Source: Nitrospinales bacterium (GTDB lineage: Bacteria; Nitrospinota; Nitrospinia; Nitrospinales; JAJDAT01). Taken from it: DNA of 30,791 nt. Of this stretch, positions 25,629 to 30,791 are shown piece by piece. The number at the start of each line of letters is the position of its first letter. The stretch's first letter is position 1. Under the pieces are notes generated by a model that saw only the letters and a program-made list of their open reading frames with translations, was not told the DNA's origin and searched no databases. The translations under genes and the position numbers were made by a program. The stretch is taken from contig JBHHYO010000027.1 in assembly GCA_046757665.1 (NCBI GenBank), positions 1 through 30,791 of the forward strand. Direction: 5' to 3'.

Positions 25629-28600
25629 GTGGTCGAAAAATCCATTCGGTTTTCCCTGAAAAGCGGTCTGTTAATGGTTGTCCTGGCCGTGCTGGTCATG
25701 GCCGCAGGCTATTACAGTTATAAACAACTTCCCGTGGACGCCTTCCCGGACGTCTCCCCTTCCCTGGTGCAAATATTCACCGAAACCGAGGGACTGTCGC
25801 CGGAAGATATTGAAAAATACATAACCTATCCCATTGAAGCGGCCATGAACGGCCTGCCAAACCTCCGGCTGATACGTTCCGTTTCCAATTTCGGGTTGTC
25901 CGTGGTCAATATTTATTTCGAGGACGGCACCGACATCTATTTTGCCCGGCAGGTGGTCGGCCAGCGCCTGCAAGAGGCACGGCGGGATATTCCCCAAGGG
26001 TTTGGCGAACCCGTCATGGGCCCTATCTCCACCGGCATGGGCTTGGTTTTATTTTATTATCTGGAGGATGAAACCGGACAACGCTCACTGGAAGAACTGC
26101 GAACGATCCAGGACTGGATAGTCAAGTTCAACCTGCAGACCGTGCCCGGAGTTACAGAAATACTCGGCATAGGCGGCTATGAAAAACAATTTCACGTCGT
26201 CATCGACCCCGACGCCCTGTTGCGTTACCAGGTCACCCTCAGGGAAGTCATCGGCAAGATTCGCGCCAACAATCTGAACGTGGGCGCCCAATTTATCGAA
26301 AAAGGCGCCGAGGAATATATCGTCCGCTCCGTCGGTCTCGCTTCAAACATCCAGGATATTGAAAATATCGTCATCAAATCCGAGGACGGTACGCCGGTTT
26401 TCCTCAAACAATTGGCCCAAGTCCAAGTGGGGGGCGCGGTCCGCCGGGGCGTGCAAACGCGAAACGGCATCGAAGAAGTCGTCGCCGGCATGGTCATTAA
26501 ATTGTTCGGCACAAATTCCTCCACGGTGATCGGACAAACGGAGGCAAGGCTTAAAGAGATCAACCGCATTTTGCCCGAAGGAATCAAGCTGGTCCCTTAT
26601 TACGAGCAAAAAACCCTCATCGCGGCGTGCGTAGCCACCGTAACGGATGCTTTAGTTCAGGGAATCGTACTGGTCATTTTAATTCTGACGGCTTTCATGG
26701 GCGGCGTCCGGCCCAGCGTGGTGGTGGCGCTGGCGATCCCCTTTTCGGTTCTATTCGCCACGTTATGGATGAAGTATCTGGGCATTTCCGCCAACCTCAT
26801 GTCCCTGGGGGGCCTGGCCATTGCCATCGGCATGATGGTGGATGGCGCCATAGTCATTGTCGAAAACGTCGACCGCATGTTGCGCGAAGCCGATCCGGCA
26901 GAGCCGCGCATCCACGTGGTCACCCGCGCCTGTGTGGAAGTGGGACGCCCCATCCTCTTTGCCATAACCATTATCATCATCGTGTTTCTGCCTTTATTCA
27001 CCTTGCAGGGAGTCGAGGGCAAAACCTTCCGTCCCCTGGCCTATACCGTAGCCCTCGCCATGCTGGGTTCGTTGATCTTTGCCCTGTTTCTGGCGCCGGT
27101 GTTGTCCCACATGCTCATGCGAAAAACCGGGAACCCCAAGACCACAAGCGACTCCGGAGAAGGAAAAGTTTTGCGTTTGTTGTTAAAAGCTTATCGACCA
27201 TTGGTAACTTTTTTTGTTGCGCAACGCAAAATGGCCATCGGCCTGGTCATGGTTTTGCTGTTGGTCGGCCTTGTCATCTTCCCCCGGTTGGGGGCAGAGT
27301 TCACCCCCACTCTTCAGGAAGGCACCATGGTCGTTCGGTTAACCATGGCGCCATCCATTTCTCTAAAAGAAAGCACACGGATTACCAAGCTGATAGGACG
27401 CCGGTTGACCAAAATCCCGGAAGTGACCGGGACCGTCACCCGCATCGGACGCGGCGAGGTGGGCGCCCATACCGACCCGATCAACAACGCTGAAATGTAC
27501 ATCCTGCTGAAACCGAAAAGCGAATGGCGGTTCGCCAAACAAGAGGACCTTCAGGAAGCCATTCGTCAAGACCTGGGAGAAATCAAGGGCGTCCTCACCA
27601 ACTTTACCCAGCCGATTGCAATGACCGTAGACGAACTGCTGGAAGGCGTGCGCGCGGAACTGGCCATCAAACTGTTCGGGGACGACCTGGACATTTTGAA
27701 ACAAAAAGCCGACGAAATCGCCTCGGTCGTTAAACAAGTGAAAGGGGCGGCGGATGTTCAGCCAGACCAGATCAGCGGCACGCCGCAACTGCTCATTCGG
27801 GTCGACCGCCAGGCCGTCGCCCGCTACGGAATAAATGTCGCCGACGTCCAGGAGGTGATCCGTGCCGCCGTCGGCGGAGAAGTCGCCGGCCAGCTTCTGG
27901 AGGGAATCCGGCGTTTCGATATCCTGGTACGCTTTACTCCCGAAGCCAGAATGACGCGCGAAGCCATCGGCCAAATTCTGATTCCGGCTCCCGGCGGCAT
28001 CAACGTACCGCTCATTCAGCTCACCCAAATTAAAGAAATCGTCGGCCCCCGCCAGATCACCCGCGAAAACAATCAGCGGTTCATCACCGTGCAATGCAAT
28101 GTCACGGGCCGCGACATCGTTTCTTTTGTCGAGGAAGCCCAGCGGGCCATTGAAGCCAAGGTGAAACTGCCTTCCGGCTATCTCGTCACCTGGGGCGGAC
28201 AGTTCCGGCTTCAACAGGAAGCGAACAAACGACTGGCGCTGGTGGTACCCATTACCCTGCTGATTATTTTCATCTTGTTATATTCGAGCTTTGATTCATT
28301 CAAAAATTCGCTGTTAATTCTGTTCAACATCCCGCTGGCCCTGGTCGGCGGCGTAGTCGGGCTTTGGCTGACCCAGCAAAACCTGTCCGTACCGGCATCG
28401 GTAGGGTTCATTGCCCTTTTTGGCATCGCTCTGGAAAACGGCATGGTTCTGGTAACCTACCTCAACCAGCTTGTCAAAGAAGGCATACCTATAGACGAAG
28501 CGTCGGTCAAGGGAGCCTGCCTGAGAGTGCGTCCCGTACTGATGACTGCCCTGACAACCGCGTTGGGCCTGGCTCCCCTGCTGTTTTCACATGGAACGGG

Positions 28601-28763
28601 AAGTGAAGTACAACGTCCATTGGCCACCGTGGTCGTCGGCGGCTTGATCACTTCCACCGTGCTGACCCTTCTGGTTGTTCCAGCGTTCTACAAATGGTTT
28701 GCCGCCCAGCCCGAACCGATCGAAGCAAATCACGAAGCGCCACCTCTGGCAACAAAAGCCTAG
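25629..28763 (+). CDS. czcA: CusA/CzcA-family heavy-metal efflux RND transporter
   Basis: LPVDAFPDVS, NLMSLGG, VDGAIVIVEN, GVEGKTFRPLA, GFIALFGIA, RVRPVLMT, GSEVQRPLATVVVGGL; GTG start. Confidence 0.96.
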   Translation: MVEKSIRFSLKSGLLMVVLAVLVMAAGYYSYKQLPVDAFPDVSPSLVQIFTETEGLSPEDIEKYITYPIEAAMNGLPNLRLIRSVSNFGLSVVNIYFEDGTDIYFARQVVGQRLQEARRDIPQGFGEPVMGPISTGMGLVLFYYLEDETGQRSLEELRTIQDWIVKFNLQTVPGVTEILGIGGYEKQFHVVIDPDALLRYQVTLREVIGKIRANNLNVGAQFIEKGAEEYIVRSVGLASNIQDIENIVIKSEDGTPVFLKQLAQVQVGGAVRRGVQTRNGIEEVVAGMVIKLFGTNSSTVIGQTEARLKEINRILPEGIKLVPYYEQKTLIAACVATVTDALVQGIVLVILILTAFMGGVRPSVVVALAIPFSVLFATLWMKYLGISANLMSLGGLAIAIGMMVDGAIVIVENVDRMLREADPAEPRIHVVTRACVEVGRPILFAITIIIIVFLPLFTLQGVEGKTFRPLAYTVALAMLGSLIFALFLAPVLSHMLMRKTGNPKTTSDSGEGKVLRLLLKAYRPLVTFFVAQRKMAIGLVMVLLLVGLVIFPRLGAEFTPTLQEGTMVVRLTMAPSISLKESTRITKLIGRRLTKIPEVTGTVTRIGRGEVGAHTDPINNAEMYILLKPKSEWRFAKQEDLQEAIRQDLGEIKGVLTNFTQPIAMTVDELLEGVRAELAIKLFGDDLDILKQKADEIASVVKQVKGAADVQPDQISGTPQLLIRVDRQAVARYGINVADVQEVIRAAVGGEVAGQLLEGIRRFDILVRFTPEARMTREAIGQILIPAPGGINVPLIQLTQIKEIVGPRQITRENNQRFITVQCNVTGRDIVSFVEEAQRAIEAKVKLPSGYLVTWGGQFRLQQEANKRLALVVPITLLIIFILLYSSFDSFKNSLLILFNIPLALVGGVVGLWLTQQNLSVPASVGFIALFGIALENGMVLVTYLNQLVKEGIPIDEASVKGACLRVRPVLMTALTTALGLAPLLFSHGTGSEVQRPLATVVVGGLITSTVLTLLVVPAFYKWFAAQPEPIEANHEAPPLATKA

Positions 28764-28791
28764 ATCACTCCCATTACGGACAATTCGCTTA

Positions 28792-28862
28792 TCCAAGCAT
28801 TACCGAATTGTAATGTTCCGGCAATGCTCAGGTAAGGATGGCGAACGTATATTATAATTATA
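28792..28862 (+). promoter_or_regulatory. Metal-response regulator promoter block, copy 2
   Basis: Same CATTACCGAATTGTAATG palindrome (28798-28815), perfect TATAAT at 28853-28858; 64/71 identical to copy 1. Confidence 0.75.
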
Positions 28863-28919
28863 TAAGGCTGGCCTCTACCCGAAGCTTGCGGCGCTGAGTG
28901 AAAATTTCGGCCGGCAGAG

Positions 28920-28982
28920 GGCATGGAGCGGCTGATCGGCGGCCCGTTGAACATGGCATCGTCCATACTGGAGAAATTCTAA
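28920..28982 (+). pseudogene. 3' remnant of a deleted czcC paralog
   Basis: 28920-28952 is 30/33 identical to czcC 24014-24046. It encodes GMERLIGGPLN...* versus GVERLIGGPLN...*; its TAA overlaps the next ATG. Confidence 0.85.
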
Positions 28983-30784
28983 TGACTCGCAAACAATCCA
29001 TCATTGCAATTTCCGTTGCCGCGGCAATCGCTCCACTGTTGCTTTTTTTATATACAAACAACTCATCTGACAACGGCAACTTCACGAAAGACGCCTCGCA
29101 ACCCGTTGCCCAAGCGAATCCTGCCAAAGGATCGCACGGAGGGAGATTGTTTGCAAAGGATGATATTCAAGTCGAAATCACCATCTACGAAAAAGGCGTC
29201 CCACCTCAGTTTCGAGCCTATATCTCGAGCCTCCGAGGTGGGCCGGTCGAGCTTGCGGGGGTGAAACTGACCGTGGAACTTCACCGGCTCGACAGAGTGG
29301 ACATCATTCATTTCCGCCCGGCGGGAGAATATCTTCTCGGAGACAAGACGGTTGAAGAACCGCACTCGTTTGACGCCAAGGTGCTCATGGAATGGAAAGG
29401 GCAAACCTATCACTGGCAGTTTTCCTCAATAGAGGCCCGGGCGGAGATTCCCGAAGATGCCGCAAAAAATGCCGGCATCGTCATCAAAACCGCAGGACCC
29501 GTAACTCTTAAAAATACCCTCACCCTGCCTGGAGAAGTCAGGCTCAATGAAGAGAAAATCGTAAATATTACCCCAATGCTCGATGGGGTAGTGAGAGAGG
29601 TGCACGCCAACCTGGGTGATCAAGTTAAGGCAGGGCAAACCCTGGCTGTCCTGGACAGCCGAGAGCTGGCAGATGCCAAAAGTCTCTACCTGGCGGCCAA
29701 AAAAGACTATGAAACGGCAAAGTTCAGTTTGAACAGAAAAAAAACCGTCTATGAGAACATCCGGAAATTGATCAAAATCCTGAAAACGGGAAAAAACCAG
29801 GACAACCTCGAGCAAAAGATCAAGGGCCTGATACTTGGTGACAGCAGAGCCCAGCTCATTCCCGCCTACATGAAATTAAAACGCTCCAAAGCCACCTACC
29901 TCCGGGAAAAAAGGCTGTTTGAGAAAAAAATATCTCCGGAATCCGATTACCTTCAAGCGCTGGAAGAGTACAAAAGCGCAAAGGCGGTTTATACAGCCAT
30001 GATCGACATGCTTTCGTACCAAAGTCGGTTTATCTTCAGTGAAAAGCAGAAAACCGCGGAAATCGCCGAGTTTAAGGTCGATACTGCCACCCAAAAGCTC
30101 CTGGCGCTCGGCTTATCACCTTCCGAAATTCAGGATTTGGCAAACTATGAGAAAGTGTCGAACCTTTTCACCAAGAAGTCGAACTTTGAACAAGAGACTG
30201 AAGAAAAATTTACCCAATACACGTTAAAAACACCCATCGACGGCACAGTAATTGAGAAATACATTACGATGGGTGAAGTCGTAAAGAAAAACCAAAAAGT
30301 TTATTTGATAGCAGACCTCTCCAACGTCTGGATCAATATTACGATCCCCGCAAAAGACTTGAAATCCGTAAAACCCGGACAGGCGGTCACCGTAAAATCC
30401 GAACAATTGGGTCTGGAATCGCAAGGCAAGCTCACATACATGGGGTCTATCGTAAACAACACCACCCGTTCCATAAGCGGTCGGGCGGTCATTCCCAACC
30501 CTCAGGGAAACTGGCGTCCCGGTTTGTTCGTTTCCGTTGAACTGGTTGAAGAGGAGCGAACCGTGCCTGTGGCGGTTCCTGTAAAAGCAATTCAATCCAT
30601 GCGCGGTTGGTCTGTTGTATTCGTAAAGTATGGCGACTTGTTTGAAGCCCGCCCCCTGCAATTGGGCGACAGTGATGGGCGCTGGGTGGAAGTCCTGCAC
30701 GGACTTTCGCCGGGCCAGGAATATGTGGCCGAAAACAGTTTTACCGTAAAGGCCGAGATCGGCAAAGCCAGCGCCAGCCATTAA
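28982..30784 (+). CDS. czcB: Second CzcB-family adaptor with extra N-terminal domain
   Basis: ATG 28982 with GGAGA RBS, TM anchor, GSHGGRLF...GVPPQFRAY...EEPHSFD domain, SRELADAKS, KTPIDGTVIE, IADLSNVW, WRPGLFV. Confidence 0.92.
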   Translation: MTRKQSIIAISVAAAIAPLLLFLYTNNSSDNGNFTKDASQPVAQANPAKGSHGGRLFAKDDIQVEITIYEKGVPPQFRAYISSLRGGPVELAGVKLTVELHRLDRVDIIHFRPAGEYLLGDKTVEEPHSFDAKVLMEWKGQTYHWQFSSIEARAEIPEDAAKNAGIVIKTAGPVTLKNTLTLPGEVRLNEEKIVNITPMLDGVVREVHANLGDQVKAGQTLAVLDSRELADAKSLYLAAKKDYETAKFSLNRKKTVYENIRKLIKILKTGKNQDNLEQKIKGLILGDSRAQLIPAYMKLKRSKATYLREKRLFEKKISPESDYLQALEEYKSAKAVYTAMIDMLSYQSRFIFSEKQKTAEIAEFKVDTATQKLLALGLSPSEIQDLANYEKVSNLFTKKSNFEQETEEKFTQYTLKTPIDGTVIEKYITMGEVVKKNQKVYLIADLSNVWINITIPAKDLKSVKPGQAVTVKSEQLGLESQGKLTYMGSIVNNTTRSISGRAVIPNPQGNWRPGLFVSVELVEEERTVPVAVPVKAIQSMRGWSVVFVKYGDLFEARPLQLGDSDGRWVEVLHGLSPGQEYVAENSFTVKAEIGKASASH

Positions 30785-30791
30785 TTGAAGT

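Noticed and set aside
28898-28981. 28-aa N-terminal extension of czcB2 in the ORF track
   Set aside because: It is an out-of-frame reading of the czcC remnant; ATG 28982 has an RBS and gives a normal membrane anchor.

Overview
Bacterial chromosomal window of mostly 50-60% GC. The gene content (mitochondrial-type aconitase, RI/GALA-like LRR protein, FGE-fold lipoprotein, tandem DUF507 genes) suggests a Nitrospinota-like organism; that assignment is inference. The left and middle parts carry housekeeping genes: a sigma54 activator, tatC, tRNA-Gly, a DUF507 pair, tRNA-Met with bfd and larC, an MBL hydrolase, an alpha/beta hydrolase, aconitase, and ftsE-ftsX-envC-ctpA-tsaD. Interspersed are an AT-rich HNH gene, several REP-like repeats and an intact 283-bp MITE with a 9-bp target duplication. 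The right third is a heavy-metal RND efflux locus. In order it has an IHF-like site, a consensus sigma54 promoter, a Cys-free His-rich membrane-anchored ORF ending in an RAPP ribosome-arrest-like motif, a CopR/CusR-like promoter block, czcC-czcB-czcA, a 90%-identical second copy of the promoter block, a 20-codon czcC remnant and a second czcB. The best candidate for a new system is the His-rich RAPP ORF acting as a metal-sensing translation-arrest leader for RND efflux.
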